From: a virus
Taxonomy: Duplodnaviria; Caudoviricetes
Length of the DNA stretch: 41,345 nucleotides
Strand: one strand, 5' to 3'
IMG/VR virus record: IMGVR_UViG_3300012943_000044
Coordinates: 1-41,345 of that record
Positions 23,302-32,939 of this stretch are shown here, one piece after another (within the stretch, counting starts at the first letter, position 1; each line of letters opens with the position of its first letter). The notes under the pieces were generated by a model. The model was not told the origin of the DNA. It saw nothing but the letters and a program-made list of their open reading frames with translations, and ran no database searches. The position numbers and the translations under genes are program-made.

Positions 23302-25913
23302 CGGCCCGGGATCTTCCGTGCCTGGACGAGGCCCTGGTACGCCTCGAGCACCATGGTCTGCGCCGCCTTCTTCGACGCGACCGGGCCGTGGAAGTGGAAG
23401 TGCACGGGCCCGCCACCGACGCCGGGCGTCACCGTCTCCGGGCCGCGCTCACCGAAGGAGTAGCTGCGGCCGGACCGGCCGATGCCCATGACCGGCTCGC
23501 CGATGACGCCGCCGTTGGCCATGGCGATGTGGTCGTGGGCGTTGCCGCCGGCGAAGTTGTGCTGGTTCCACACCGCACCGGTCCAGGTCCGCCGCTGGCC
23601 GTTGTGGATGTTGTACTGCTGGTACGGGCTGATGAACTCCTTGGTGCGGGCTTTGTAGCGCTCGTTCCACAGCCGGGCCAGCTTCTCCGACGGCTCGAAG
23701 TCCACCGCTCGACCCCGGGCGTGGTAGCTGACGTTGCCGGACAGGGTGCGGGCGCCGGGCCGGTCCTTGCTGATGACTCGAATGCCGGGCACCATCGCCT
23801 TGGCCGCGGCGACGATGAAGTCCGAGGTGCGGCCGCCGGACGGGATCGCCGGGGTCACGCGGGACTTCGCGTCGGCCAGGCTCATCACGAACGCCTTCGA
23901 CACGTCCGTCCGGAACGGGATCCGCGTCGATGTGTCCACCGGCGGGAAGTAGCCGCCGGCGGCGAACCCGTCCTCACCGGCGTTGATCCGCTCCAGCACG
24001 GTGCGGTGCTTGGCCGTCTGGGTGGCGTTGACGATGAACTCGCCGCCGGCCAGGCCGAACGGCTTGCCATCCGGGCCGGCACCGCGCAGGTTGTCGACCT
24101 TCGACGGGGCGCCGGGCAGCCGCCCGTCGAACAGGCCGCCCTGTGCGTACCCGCCGAACATTTTCGCGGGGCCGCCCTTTTCCTTCACGGCTGCCCGCGC
24201 GGACGCCAGGGGGATGCCCTCGGCGATGGCCCGCTGCGTGATGTACAGGTTCTCGAGCGCCTTGACGATCCCGCCGACCTTGCCGAGGATCAGGTCGGTC
24301 TGCTTCTTCTTCGGGATCTGGCCGTAGGTGCCGATCAGCTCCTTTGTGGCCTTCTCGTTCAGGCCGAGCCGGCGCGACTCTTCCTTGATCGCCTTGATGC
24401 GGTTCTCGTGCTTGGTGCGGGCCTTGTCGATGGCCACACCGGCGTTGATGTCCGCCAGGTACGCCTCGTTGGTGCTGCCGATCAACGCCTTGAGCGACTC
24501 GCGGTTCGCCCGGCCCGACTCGGTGTGTACATCCAGCGAGCGCTTGTTGGCCTTCACGGACGCGCTGAGCCCGTCCCACGACGCCTCGTAGGAGACGTTC
24601 GCGTCGGCCTGTCGCTGGGTGGCGCCGTACAGGTTGTCCATCGCCGTACGCAGCGCGTCGGCGTTGCGGGCCGCGGTGGTGTTCTTGCCGCCCAAGCTGT
24701 CAAGGCTGCGGGACAGCGCGTCCTGCGCGGACGTCAGCGCCGTCTGGACGTTCTTGAGCTGGTCCTGCTCCTCCTTGAGCTGCTCGGCGCTCTTCTCCGC
24801 GACGATCTGGGCACCGCTCAGGTCGAGGGTCGCGGTCTTGGTGCGCTGGGCGGAGAACGTGTTGGCGTCCATGCTGGCGCCGGTCAGCTTCAGCGCGGCC
24901 TGCAGCGCCATGTCGGCGCCGATCTTCTGACCGATGCCATACAGCTCGGTCAAGACGTTGACCAGATTGAACGTGGTCTGGATGCCGGAGGCCATCAGGT
25001 CGAAGACGGTCGCGAGCGCGTCCGCGCCTTCCTTGCTGTTGTCCGCCAGACTCCCCAGGCCCTCCGAGGCCGCAGCGCCGATCTGAGCGATGCCGTCGGC
25101 GATTTCGTCCACCGGGCCGTCGCCGACAGCAATGAGGTCGTCGAACGCGCCACCGAGGTCAACCGCCAGCGATGAAACTGCTGTTGCCAGAGGGTCCACA
25201 AACTTCGCCGAGTTCGCGAAGATGCCCTCGATGTCGATGTCGTCCAGTGCCCGCTCGACCCGGTCGATTCCCTGGATGGCTGGGCCGACGAACGCCCCAC
25301 CAGCGCGGTAGAGCCGCCGCTCCAGCCGGTCGCCCAGCTCGTTCGCGGCGGCCTTGACCCGGGTGTCCTTCGCGGCCAGGGTGATGCCACCGACGACACC
25401 GCCGATGCCGACACCGCCGATGATCCCGCCCGCGACGGCCGCGCCCAGCAGCGGTGCGGCCGCAACGCCGGCACCGACCAGCGCGGTCGACATCGGCCCA
25501 CCGATCGGCATGGACGCCAGCAGCGGGCCCAGCCTGGCGGAGAAGCGCGCGGCGAATCCCTTGGCCGCATCGGGGGCCTCGTCCTCGCCGATGTCACCGA
25601 GGGTCTTCCGGAACCGGCCGATCTCTTTCAGCGCCTGCTCGGCACGAACCTTGATCTCGACGGTGGAGGCGTTGCGGGACAGTGCCTGGAGCTTTGCCTC
25701 GGTGACGGCGATCGCGGCGAGGGCCTTCTTCGGGTCGCCCTTGATGTCGATGGCGTCGATGTCGACGCGCTTCAGCGCGCGGTTGAGCTGGCCGCCGAGC
25801 TGCTTACCGGCCTTGCCTCCCGGGTCGGAGCGCTGGAACTTTTCGCGGAGCTTCTCGTCGAAGCCGGTGATGTCCGGCTCGACCGGGACGTAGCCGCGCC
25901 GCAGGACGCTCAC
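23298..25913 (-). CDS. Tape measure protein with C-terminal peptidase M15-like motif
   Basis: Longest ORF; Ala/Gly helical; YAQGG/FAAGG/MANGG motifs; SYHARGRAVD...HDHIAM; GERGPETV. Confidence 0.9.
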   Translation of the reverse strand: MSVLRRGYVPVEPDITGFDEKLREKFQRSDPGGKAGKQLGGQLNRALKRVDIDAIDIKGDPKKALAAIAVTEAKLQALSRNASTVEIKVRAEQALKEIGRFRKTLGDIGEDEAPDAAKGFAARFSARLGPLLASMPIGGPMSTALVGAGVAAAPLLGAAVAGGIIGGVGIGGVVGGITLAAKDTRVKAAANELGDRLERRLYRAGGAFVGPAIQGIDRVERALDDIDIEGIFANSAKFVDPLATAVSSLAVDLGGAFDDLIAVGDGPVDEIADGIAQIGAAASEGLGSLADNSKEGADALATVFDLMASGIQTTFNLVNVLTELYGIGQKIGADMALQAALKLTGASMDANTFSAQRTKTATLDLSGAQIVAEKSAEQLKEEQDQLKNVQTALTSAQDALSRSLDSLGGKNTTAARNADALRTAMDNLYGATQRQADANVSYEASWDGLSASVKANKRSLDVHTESGRANRESLKALIGSTNEAYLADINAGVAIDKARTKHENRIKAIKEESRRLGLNEKATKELIGTYGQIPKKKQTDLILGKVGGIVKALENLYITQRAIAEGIPLASARAAVKEKGGPAKMFGGYAQGGLFDGRLPGAPSKVDNLRGAGPDGKPFGLAGGEFIVNATQTAKHRTVLERINAGEDGFAAGGYFPPVDTSTRIPFRTDVSKAFVMSLADAKSRVTPAIPSGGRTSDFIVAAAKAMVPGIRVISKDRPGARTLSGNVSYHARGRAVDFEPSEKLARLWNERYKARTKEFISPYQQYNIHNGQRRTWTGAVWNQHNFAGGNAHDHIAMANGGVIGEPVMGIGRSGRSYSFGERGPETVTPGVGGGPVHFHFHGPVASKKAAQTMVLEAYQGLVQARKIPGR

Positions 25914-26251
25914 AGCGCACCGCCCCGGCCGGTCACGCCATTCTTGATCGCGGCCGGGACCAGGTGCGGCTGCGCGCGGGTGTCCTCGGTGCCTACCTCG
26001 ACAAGCCAGCCGTACCAGCCCCGGTCGGACCAGCCGACGGCGAAGCCCTCGATACCGGTCTCGAGGTCGGTGATCTCCTCGACGACGATGTTGCGGCGCA
26101 GCGCACCGGTTCGCTTCGGGGCCAGTCGGCGCGCGTCGCGCTGGATGTCCTTGGCCAGGGCCTCGCAGACGGCCTGGACCTGCGGGCTGTTGGCGAGGTC
26201 GCGCAGGGCCCGCGGGTCGCTGGGCTTGTTGTCGAGCTTCACCGTCACCAC
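25910..26251 (-). CDS. HK97 gp10-like tail completion protein
   Basis: ARRLAPKRTGALRRNI...YGWLVEVGT....AQPHLVPA. Confidence 0.85.
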   Translation of the reverse strand: MVTVKLDNKPSDPRALRDLANSPQVQAVCEALAKDIQRDARRLAPKRTGALRRNIVVEEITDLETGIEGFAVGWSDRGWYGWLVEVGTEDTRAQPHLVPAAIKNGVTGRGGAL

Positions 26252-26258
26252 CTCCTGG

Positions 26259-26899
26259 TCAGGACCGGATGCGGCCGGCGAAGGTCTTCTGGATGGCGGC
26301 CTCGCGGCGGCGGTCGCCTGCGGTGATGGGGCCTTCGAGCCACTGCCCGAAGTCCTCGACCCGTTCGGCGAGGTGGCCGTGGACGATGTTGAGCAGCAGC
26401 CGGGCGGAGATCAGCTCAGGCCAGCAATGCGATCTTCGACCGACACCAGCCCCGACGAGTCCGGGGTATCCGAGGCAGAGGAGCTCGAGCTCGTCGAAGT
26501 GGGATGCGGCCCAGGCGGCGAGGTGGGCGGCTGCTCGGCGGCTTTTCCCACTTGTGCGCCGACCAGGGTCCAGACCAGGTCGATGATGCTGTCGTCGTCG
26601 AGCTTCTTGGCCACGGCCAGCTTGTAGAACTTCCGGAACTGCGATGGGTCCGCCGGGACGGTCTCGCCGTCCGGGCCCTCGTGCTCCGGCTTGGTGAGGG
26701 CGGAGGTGAGGGCCTGCCACATCGCGGCGTTGCCCTCCATCTGCCCGGCCTTGCCGGCCATGGCCGCACCGAGGTGGACCATCAGCATCGGCGGGATGAC
26801 GCCCTCGACGGTGAACTCCTCGTCGAACAGGTCAAAGGTGTCGCGCTCGACGTCCGGGTCGAACTCCTTGACGGCGGCGCTGAAACTGCCCAGCTTCAC
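26259..26899 (-). CDS. Tail assembly chaperone, extended form via -1 frameshift
   Basis: GGGAAAA at 26549-26543; shifted frame stays open to 26259 (SRRAAAHLAAWAASHFDELE...). Confidence 0.8.
26411..26899 (-). CDS. Tail assembly chaperone, short form
   Basis: AGGAG RBS, GTG 26899; follows major tail; Ser/Pro-rich tail after the slippery site. Confidence 0.85.
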   Translation of the reverse strand: MKLGSFSAAVKEFDPDVERDTFDLFDEEFTVEGVIPPMLMVHLGAAMAGKAGQMEGNAAMWQALTSALTKPEHEGPDGETVPADPSQFRKFYKLAVAKKLDDDSIIDLVWTLVGAQVGKAAEQPPTSPPGPHPTSTSSSSSASDTPDSSGLVSVEDRIAGLS

Positions 26900-26986
26900 G
26901 GTGGTGCTCCTGCTCTTGGCGGCTCTGGCGGCTGGAGTGCGGGACCGGCCGCCGCCAGGAAGCACGGCCCCGCACGATCAGAAGAG

Positions 26987-27580
26987 CTACACGCCCAGCG
27001 ACAGCGCGCCGGTGGTGAACCGCTTGTACGGAACCGTGTAGCCGGACGACGGGATCTCGGCGTTGAACTCCATCGGGAGTCCGGCCTTGGTCTCGAAGTC
27101 ACCGCGGACGAACTCCACCGCGCCGACCTGGAAGACCTGGGGGAAGACGAGGATCTCCAGGTTGTCGTTCGACACGAACGACAACATGACCCGGACCTCG
27201 GCGTCGGCCAGCGGCGGCGAGAACTCCGTCTGCTTGGTACCGGTGGTGCCGGAGGCGGTCAGGGTGCCGCCGTTCATGGCCAGCTTCCAGATCAGGTCGG
27301 AGACCTCCTGGGCGGTGAACGCGATCCGCGACGACTTGCTGGTCGTGACCGTGCGGACCGGGTACTTCGACTCGGCCACCCGAATGTCGGCGGTCTCGGT
27401 CGCCTCGGTGTAGGTCATACCCGCGTCGGTCGAGCCGAGGTCCAGCCAGTTCGTCCAGGTGATGGCGGAGTAGCTCGACGAGGTCGGGGTGATCGTCGGG
27501 ATGGCGGTGGCCAGCGGCGCGTACCGAATACGGCCCGGGCCGGTCTGGATCAGCGCCGAGGTGATGGGTGCGATGGCCAC
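26987..27580 (-). CDS. Major tail protein
   Basis: GPGRIRYAPL...WLDLGSTDAG...; size and position. Confidence 0.85.
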   Translation of the reverse strand: MAIAPITSALIQTGPGRIRYAPLATAIPTITPTSSSYSAITWTNWLDLGSTDAGMTYTEATETADIRVAESKYPVRTVTTSKSSRIAFTAQEVSDLIWKLAMNGGTLTASGTTGTKQTEFSPPLADAEVRVMLSFVSNDNLEILVFPQVFQVGAVEFVRGDFETKAGLPMEFNAEIPSSGYTVPYKRFTTGALSLGV

Positions 27581-27583
27581 GGG

Positions 27584-27829
27584 TCAGCTCACCTTCTCGC
27601 TGGTGCCCGTCGAGCCGGAGCTCCGCGAGGCGGTGGTCTGGAACTCACTGGCGTCGCGGCCGGTGATCTCGGCCTGGACCTCCGCGGCGGCTTTGGTGCC
27701 GGCCACGGCGACGTGGTCCTGCCAGCCGTTGTCATTGACGGCCTGCTCGGTGATGGTCTGGCCTCGGGTGTAGGCGAGGACGCCCCCCACGGGGATGTCT
27801 TCGACCACCACGAATTGGCGTTCGGCCAC
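27584..27829 (-). CDS. Hypothetical protein
   Basis: AGGAAGGA RBS, GTG 27829. Confidence 0.7.
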   Translation of the reverse strand: MAERQFVVVEDIPVGGVLAYTRGQTITEQAVNDNGWQDHVAVAGTKAAAEVQAEITGRDASEFQTTASRSSGSTGTSEKVS

Positions 27830-27846
27830 GGAGGTGTCCTTCCTTG

Positions 27847-28236
27847 TCAGGGCATGACGACGAACGCGACATCGGTGCGATATCGCGGACGGTTGGTTTC
27901 TTCGTCGGGCGACCACAGCGGCGCCAGACGCACGTCGGCGCCGATCACGCGGCCGCCGGTGACGGCCTGGCCGACGAGGTCGTAGGCGGCCACGGCTGCG
28001 GTCCGGGCGAGCAGGTTGGCCTCGCCCTTGTCGCCGCCCCACGCGGACAGCGAGAACTCGACGGTGGCCTCCCACGGCCACGGCTGCGTCCCGCCCAGGG
28101 CGGTCACCTGCAGGCAGGCGTCGTCGGTGGCCAACTCAGTAGAGACGCGGTCGCCGATCAGCGGGGTCAGGCTGGCGTGGGCGGCGAGGAAGGTGACCAG
28201 TTCCTGCTCCATGTCGGGCAGCACGGCGTACGCCAT
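27847..28236 (-). CDS. Tail terminator-like protein
   Basis: LPDMEQELVTFL...RVSTEL...LGG...P.W.PDEETNRPRY. Confidence 0.8.
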   Translation of the reverse strand: MAYAVLPDMEQELVTFLAAHASLTPLIGDRVSTELATDDACLQVTALGGTQPWPWEATVEFSLSAWGGDKGEANLLARTAAVAAYDLVGQAVTGGRVIGADVRLAPLWSPDEETNRPRYRTDVAFVVMP

Positions 28237-28568
28237 CACGCCCCCGTGGTGGTGATGCGGCGCAGCATCGCGCGGACGTGGTGGAGCTGGCCCATCCGCG
28301 GGGACTTCATGACGTCCCCGTCGACTTCGTAGAGGTCGCCGTCGTACAGCACCCGGTCCGTGGCTTCCAGGTCCAGGTCCGGGCCGCCGAGGACCTTGCC
28401 GCGGGTGACCGTGCGGGCCTCGTCACCGACGACCTCGGTCACCGACTTCGTCGACCAGTGCACGACGAACTCGGTGCTGGTCGCGGCCGCCCAGTTCCGC
28501 TTGGTGTTGCCGTACCCGGCGGAGACCAGCGGGGCGCGCAGGCGGGTGATCGTGTCGTACAGCCGCAC
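28236..28568 (-). CDS. Head-tail adaptor/stopper
   Basis: GYGN...W...DLEATDRVLYDGDLYEVDGD...HH. Confidence 0.85.
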   Translation of the reverse strand: MRLYDTITRLRAPLVSAGYGNTKRNWAAATSTEFVVHWSTKSVTEVVGDEARTVTRGKVLGGPDLDLEATDRVLYDGDLYEVDGDVMKSPRMGQLHHVRAMLRRITTTGA

Positions 28569-28580
28569 GGCGTGCCCTCC

Positions 28581-30740
28581 CTACGGTCTGAGCGTGACTC
28601 CGGCGTAAGGGCGGGCAGTGGCCCCGGTGAACGGGCGCGGGATCCGCTTACTGGGCCGAACCGAGAACGCGGCACCGGCGCCGTGCGCCGTACCGGCGTT
28701 CGCCGAGCCGGGCCCGCCGATCAGCACGCTCGGGTCGAGCGCCGTACCGGTGGCGGCGGCGACTCCCGCGAAGGCCTGCACCGCGGCAGCCGGGTCGGCT
28801 GCCGTACCGGTGCCCGCAGCTTCGACGGCGGGGGCGTTGGTGGCGGTCGAGGTGGAGACGGTGGCGCCGGAAGCGACACCGACGGCGGCGGCCGCGCTGG
28901 CCGCTGCCGTGAGTGCCGTTGCCGGGCCGTACCCGACGCCCGCCGCGGCGGCCTCGGTGGCCGGGGCGCTCGCGGACGAGCTGGTCGACACGGTGGCGTT
29001 CGCGGCGACACCGGCAGCGGTGGCCTCGGTGGCGTTCGCCGTGGTGGCGGAGGTGGTCGAAACCGTCGCGGCGTAGGCGACGCCGGTTGCCTCGACCGGG
29101 TTGTCGGCGATCAGGTCCAGGCTGATGCTCGACCCGGCGTCCCATTCGGCCGTACCGGCCGCCGTGGCCAGACCGCCTGCGGCGGCCGCCGCGACGGTCG
29201 GGCTCTGGGCCGCGCCGGAGCCGGACGGCACCGACGGCAGCCCGGCCACGGTGGCCGCCGGACCCAACGCCGAGCCCGACCCTGGAGCCTCCGCCGCGGC
29301 GGTCGTGGCAGTGGTGGAGACGCCGAGCGCCGTACCGGTGCCCGCGGCCTCGGTGGCGGGGGCGTTGGTGCCCGCGCCGACCGTTGCGAACACGACGTCG
29401 ACGAAGTAGCAGGAGCCGCCGCCGGCTGAGTTCGGGTAGCCGAGCGTCGAGTCGATCCGGTACGTGCCCTGGAAGATGGTGAAGCCGCCGACCGTGTCGC
29501 CGTTGGCGTCGGCGGTGATGTCCCCGTTGACAAGGTCGGAGCTGAAGAACGACGACGTGGTGACGTAACGGCCGTCGCCGGAGAAGATGACCGCCCGATA
29601 CGGGACACCGGCGGTGACCGGGACCGGGGTGATCGGCACCGTGTTCCACGCGCTCGGTGTCGGCGCTACGCCCATCGTCGCGCTGCCGAGCAGCGTGCCC
29701 GTTCCCGGGTCGGACGCGTCGACCGAGTACAGGGCCACGGTGTACGTACCGGAGACGCTGCTGCTGGCGTAGAACGCGACAGCGGTGACCTCGCCGTCCT
29801 GCGCGAAACGGACCGTCGTGGCGGTGGTGATGCCGGGCGCACCGTCGGAGAAGCTCCCCGCCGGGGTCTCGCTGGTGAACAGCGACTGCTCGCCGCCGCC
29901 ACCGCCGGGCGTGCTCACCGTCGCGTCGTACGCCGCTCCGGCCGCCGCAGCTTCACCGGCCGAGGCTGTCGCGGCCGATGACGTCGTGGCGTTGTTCGCC
30001 ACACCCGCAGCCGCGGCCGTGGCGGCATTGCCCGCCGGCGACGCCGCGGGAGACTGGGCCGCGCCCGCGGCGGTGGCCTCGGTGGCGTTCGCGTCCGTGC
30101 CCGACGGGGCGGTGCCGAGGACCTCGACGGCGGCGACGGTGAACGCCGTGCCGGCCAGGCCGGTGGTGCCGTAGGCGGTGGTGCCGGTGGCGCCCTGGTC
30201 GTCCCACCGTCCGACGACCGCGGTGGCGCCGGTGTTCGTCTGGGCGATCAGCTGCGTCTGCCCGGCCGGGGTCCAGCCGATACCGCCGGTGCCGGACGCC
30301 GACCAGTCCGCCGACCAGAACACGATCGCCGAGTTCGCCAGCGTGCGGGTGACGCTGACCGTCTCGGTCGCGTTCACCCCGGCCTTGTTGGTCCGCACGA
30401 AGCCGGTGGAGCCGCCGTACGCGAACGCGTAGATGCCGCGCATCGCCACACCGGTCCCGCCGGAGCGGGTCGCGGTCACCGCCGACGAGCCGGAACCCGC
30501 AGCGGTCGCCTCCCACGCGTGCAGCCAGCACGAGTTGCTGGGCGTGACAGCGGAGCCGAGCGCGGTGAACGTGAGCCCGGTCGCAGTCGGGGTGGCCAGG
30601 GTGAAGCTCTGATCCTCGGTCATCGCCACGACCAGGATCCGGTCGCCCGAATTCCATGTCAGGGTGCCGGTTACCTCGCTGACCGCGGCGTTGTCCGTGT
30701 AGTCCGAACTCGTACTGGAGGTCAGCGTCGGAGCCGCCAC
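28581..30740 (-). CDS. Virion appendage/fibre protein with DUF4082-like domain and Ala/Thr repeats
   Basis: SLF...VRFAQDGEVTAVAFY...WN.VP...YP......YFVDVVF, flanked by repeats like ANATEATAAGxAxxATVST. Confidence 0.75.
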   Translation of the reverse strand: MAAPTLTSSTSSDYTDNAAVSEVTGTLTWNSGDRILVVAMTEDQSFTLATPTATGLTFTALGSAVTPSNSCWLHAWEATAAGSGSSAVTATRSGGTGVAMRGIYAFAYGGSTGFVRTNKAGVNATETVSVTRTLANSAIVFWSADWSASGTGGIGWTPAGQTQLIAQTNTGATAVVGRWDDQGATGTTAYGTTGLAGTAFTVAAVEVLGTAPSGTDANATEATAAGAAQSPAASPAGNAATAAAAGVANNATTSSAATASAGEAAAAGAAYDATVSTPGGGGGEQSLFTSETPAGSFSDGAPGITTATTVRFAQDGEVTAVAFYASSSVSGTYTVALYSVDASDPGTGTLLGSATMGVAPTPSAWNTVPITPVPVTAGVPYRAVIFSGDGRYVTTSSFFSSDLVNGDITADANGDTVGGFTIFQGTYRIDSTLGYPNSAGGGSCYFVDVVFATVGAGTNAPATEAAGTGTALGVSTTATTAAAEAPGSGSALGPAATVAGLPSVPSGSGAAQSPTVAAAAAGGLATAAGTAEWDAGSSISLDLIADNPVEATGVAYAATVSTTSATTANATEATAAGVAANATVSTSSSASAPATEAAAAGVGYGPATALTAAASAAAAVGVASGATVSTSTATNAPAVEAAGTGTAADPAAAVQAFAGVAAATGTALDPSVLIGGPGSANAGTAHGAGAAFSVRPSKRIPRPFTGATARPYAGVTLRP

Positions 30741-30749
30741 GCAGGCCTC

Positions 30750-31622
30750 CTACGGCGAGGGGATCGACTCACCGTCGACGTAGGCGTTGTCGGTCCAGGT
30801 GATACCGGTCGTCTGCTCGACGTCGATCGGGCCGAACGCGTGCTCACGGGTCCACCGGCACCCGAGCACGGTGACGTTGGTGATGTCACCGGCGCCCGAG
30901 TCGCCGCGGAACTGCATGGCGTACCCGCCCCGGTCGAGGCCGCAGTACCGCACGTCGATGTCCTGCGCCGCCCCGGCCTCGGTGCCCACACGGAACGCCT
31001 GAGACGCGCCCGGGCCCGTGCCGGCGGAGATCCAGCAGCCGTAGAACGTCGACCGGCCGATGTCGGTGCACTGCACACCGTCGGAGTGCAGATCCTCGGT
31101 GGCGCCGTACGCGACGAAGTTGGAGCGCAGCCCGACGTTGTAGTACCAGCCGGACCAGCCGTCCTCCGCGCCGCGCATGTCCGAGTCGATCACCCAGCAG
31201 TAGCCGCCGAGCAGGCACTTGTCGGTGGCGCCTGCACTGCCGCCGTCGAAGTTGCACCGGTTGAACACCACCAGCGGCGCCATGACGTCCGCCGTCGCGC
31301 CGGCGCCGTCGACCTCGACGCACCAGTTCCCGACGCCCTCGAACGAGCATTCTTCGAACAGGTAGGTCACACCGGAACCCGGCGCTGGGGTGATGGTGTC
31401 GGTGAAGCGGATGTGCCGCCACACGCTGACGTCCAGCTCGGCGCTGGCCCCGGCGACCGGGTGGGTGACGGTGAACGTCTCGGTCGCCGTCGGGGAGCCG
31501 AGAGTGGACCGGCTGGCGAGCGAGGTGCCGGTCGGGACACCGACCTGCGAGCCGCGGGTGAACGCGGCCGTCGGCGCACCCGACTGGTTGAAGCGGACGA
31601 AGTTCTTGACCGCGATGGGCAC
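30750..31622 (-). CDS. Right-handed beta-helix (pectate-lyase-like) protein
   Basis: Stacked FEECSF/FNRCNF/IDSDM strands; AEDG and HSDGVQ motifs; GGAGG RBS, GTG 31622. Confidence 0.7.
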   Translation of the reverse strand: MPIAVKNFVRFNQSGAPTAAFTRGSQVGVPTGTSLASRSTLGSPTATETFTVTHPVAGASAELDVSVWRHIRFTDTITPAPGSGVTYLFEECSFEGVGNWCVEVDGAGATADVMAPLVVFNRCNFDGGSAGATDKCLLGGYCWVIDSDMRGAEDGWSGWYYNVGLRSNFVAYGATEDLHSDGVQCTDIGRSTFYGCWISAGTGPGASQAFRVGTEAGAAQDIDVRYCGLDRGGYAMQFRGDSGAGDITNVTVLGCRWTREHAFGPIDVEQTTGITWTDNAYVDGESIPSP

Positions 31623-31630
31623 CGAGCCTC

Positions 31631-32263
31631 CTAGGCGCGAGGCTTTCCCGGCCCCCATGGTCGAAGCGGGGTGGTCAGCGCCTGCTCGACGCTCCATCCC
31701 GCCTTGTTGATCCGGTGCCAGACCGTCCGGTGCGGCAGGCCGACCTGGCGGCACCACTGCGGAAGCGTCTGCTTCATGCCGCGCCACTCGACCAGCACGG
31801 TCGATCGGCGGTTGTTGCACTGTTCGATGCGCGTCGCCCACCGGCAGTTGTCCGGCGAGTAGGGACCGGCGTTGTTGGTCCGCTCGATTTGATGGTTCTT
31901 CGATGGGCGCTGACCCATGTCGGCGTAGAAATTCTCGAACGACTGTTCCCAGCGGCTACAGACCCGGATGCCTCGGCCGCCATAGTCCGCATAGCTGTGG
32001 TCGTTCGGGTCGTTGCAGCGGCCTCGCATGTTGACCCAGACCGTGTACTCAGGGGATTTGCGGAGGCGGTGCTTGGCTTTGATGGCTGAGCCGCATCCGC
32101 AGCTTTTCGTGTGGCCATTGCGGAGTACCGCTCCGCGAACCTCGGTTACCTTGCCGCAGTCGCACGTGCACTTCCACCATGCGACGCCGTTGCGATTCTC
32201 AGCACGCTCCGTGACGGTCAGTCTGCCGAACCTCTGGCCTGTAATGTCGTCGAACGTCGCCAT
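31631..32263 (-). CDS. Free-standing HNH-type homing endonuclease
   Basis: DITGQRFGRLTV, WKCTCDCG, TKSCGC, YGGRGIRVC, IERTNN.GPYSPDNCRWAT...NN; ATG 32263. Confidence 0.88.
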   Translation of the reverse strand: MATFDDITGQRFGRLTVTERAENRNGVAWWKCTCDCGKVTEVRGAVLRNGHTKSCGCGSAIKAKHRLRKSPEYTVWVNMRGRCNDPNDHSYADYGGRGIRVCSRWEQSFENFYADMGQRPSKNHQIERTNNAGPYSPDNCRWATRIEQCNNRRSTVLVEWRGMKQTLPQWCRQVGLPHRTVWHRINKAGWSVEQALTTPLRPWGPGKPRA

Positions 32264-32310
32264 GCTTCTAGTGTACGACAACGCATGAACAGGTACCAGG
32301 TACTGCCAGC

Positions 32311-32793
32311 TTAAACCGTCACCCTCATGATGCCGTTGGCGGCAAAGATCACCGTGAATGTCCCTGCGGTGACGCTCTGTGATCCACCATAGGCCAGGTA
32401 GCAGACGCCCTGGTCGGCGACGGAGCCTCCGGAGATCGTGTCGTCGTAGACCAGACCGCCGTACACACCGGACAGGGTGACGTTGCCGGACCCGGCACGG
32501 TCGGCCGCGTCGAACATCGCGACACCGGTCGCCGGGGTGGTGAACGTCTTCGACGCCAGCGCCAGGCCGGTGGTCGGCCAGTTCGTCGCGTCCACGACCT
32601 CGTTGCCCGTCACCCAGGCGCCGGTGTTGAACCCGGTGCTGCCGACTGCGGCATCTTTGTCGGGCGTTCCCGTGTTCCCGAAGTTGGCGAGCTTCACCGT
32701 GTCGGAGTCCAGCCCGGTGTACCCGGTGCCGGACACCTGCAGCATCTGGATGATCCACTCGCGGAAGATTGCGCTCGAGCTGCCGAAGGCCAT
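32311..32793 (-). CDS. Virion structural (collar/appendage base) protein
   Basis: LDSDTVKLA...NEV...FDAAD...VYDDT...GTFTVIF..NGI pattern. Confidence 0.7.
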   Translation of the reverse strand: MAFGSSSAIFREWIIQMLQVSGTGYTGLDSDTVKLANFGNTGTPDKDAAVGSTGFNTGAWVTGNEVVDATNWPTTGLALASKTFTTPATGVAMFDAADRAGSGNVTLSGVYGGLVYDDTISGGSVADQGVCYLAYGGSQSVTAGTFTVIFAANGIMRVTV

Positions 32794-32939
32794 TACGACC
32801 CGTCCTCTCCGGTGGTCTGGCCGTCATCGGCCTCGTTGCTGGTGTCGCACTGTTCGTCGTCCGGCTCGGGGGCCGGGGCGTTGTCCTCGGTGCGGACGGC
32901 CGGGTTGAACGCGGCCCCGCCCGAAGTCGGCGTGCTCAT
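32793..32939 (-). CDS. 48-aa acidic microprotein
   Basis: GGGAGG RBS; overlaps at both ends. Confidence 0.6.
   Translation of the reverse strand: MSTPTSGGAAFNPAVRTEDNAPAPEPDDEQCDTSNEADDGQTTGEDGS

Noticed and set aside
28700-30110. DNA repeats such as GGTGGCCTCGGTGGCGTTCGC as recombination or inversion cassettes
   Set aside because: They are direct, in frame, and simply encode the ANATEAT protein repeats; no inverted sites or invertase nearby.
31631-32827. 398-aa ORF suggesting an HNH fusion or frameshift with the upstream structural gene
   Set aside because: The upstream part is off-frame Arg-rich text; the HNH has its own start at 32263 and no slippery site was seen.
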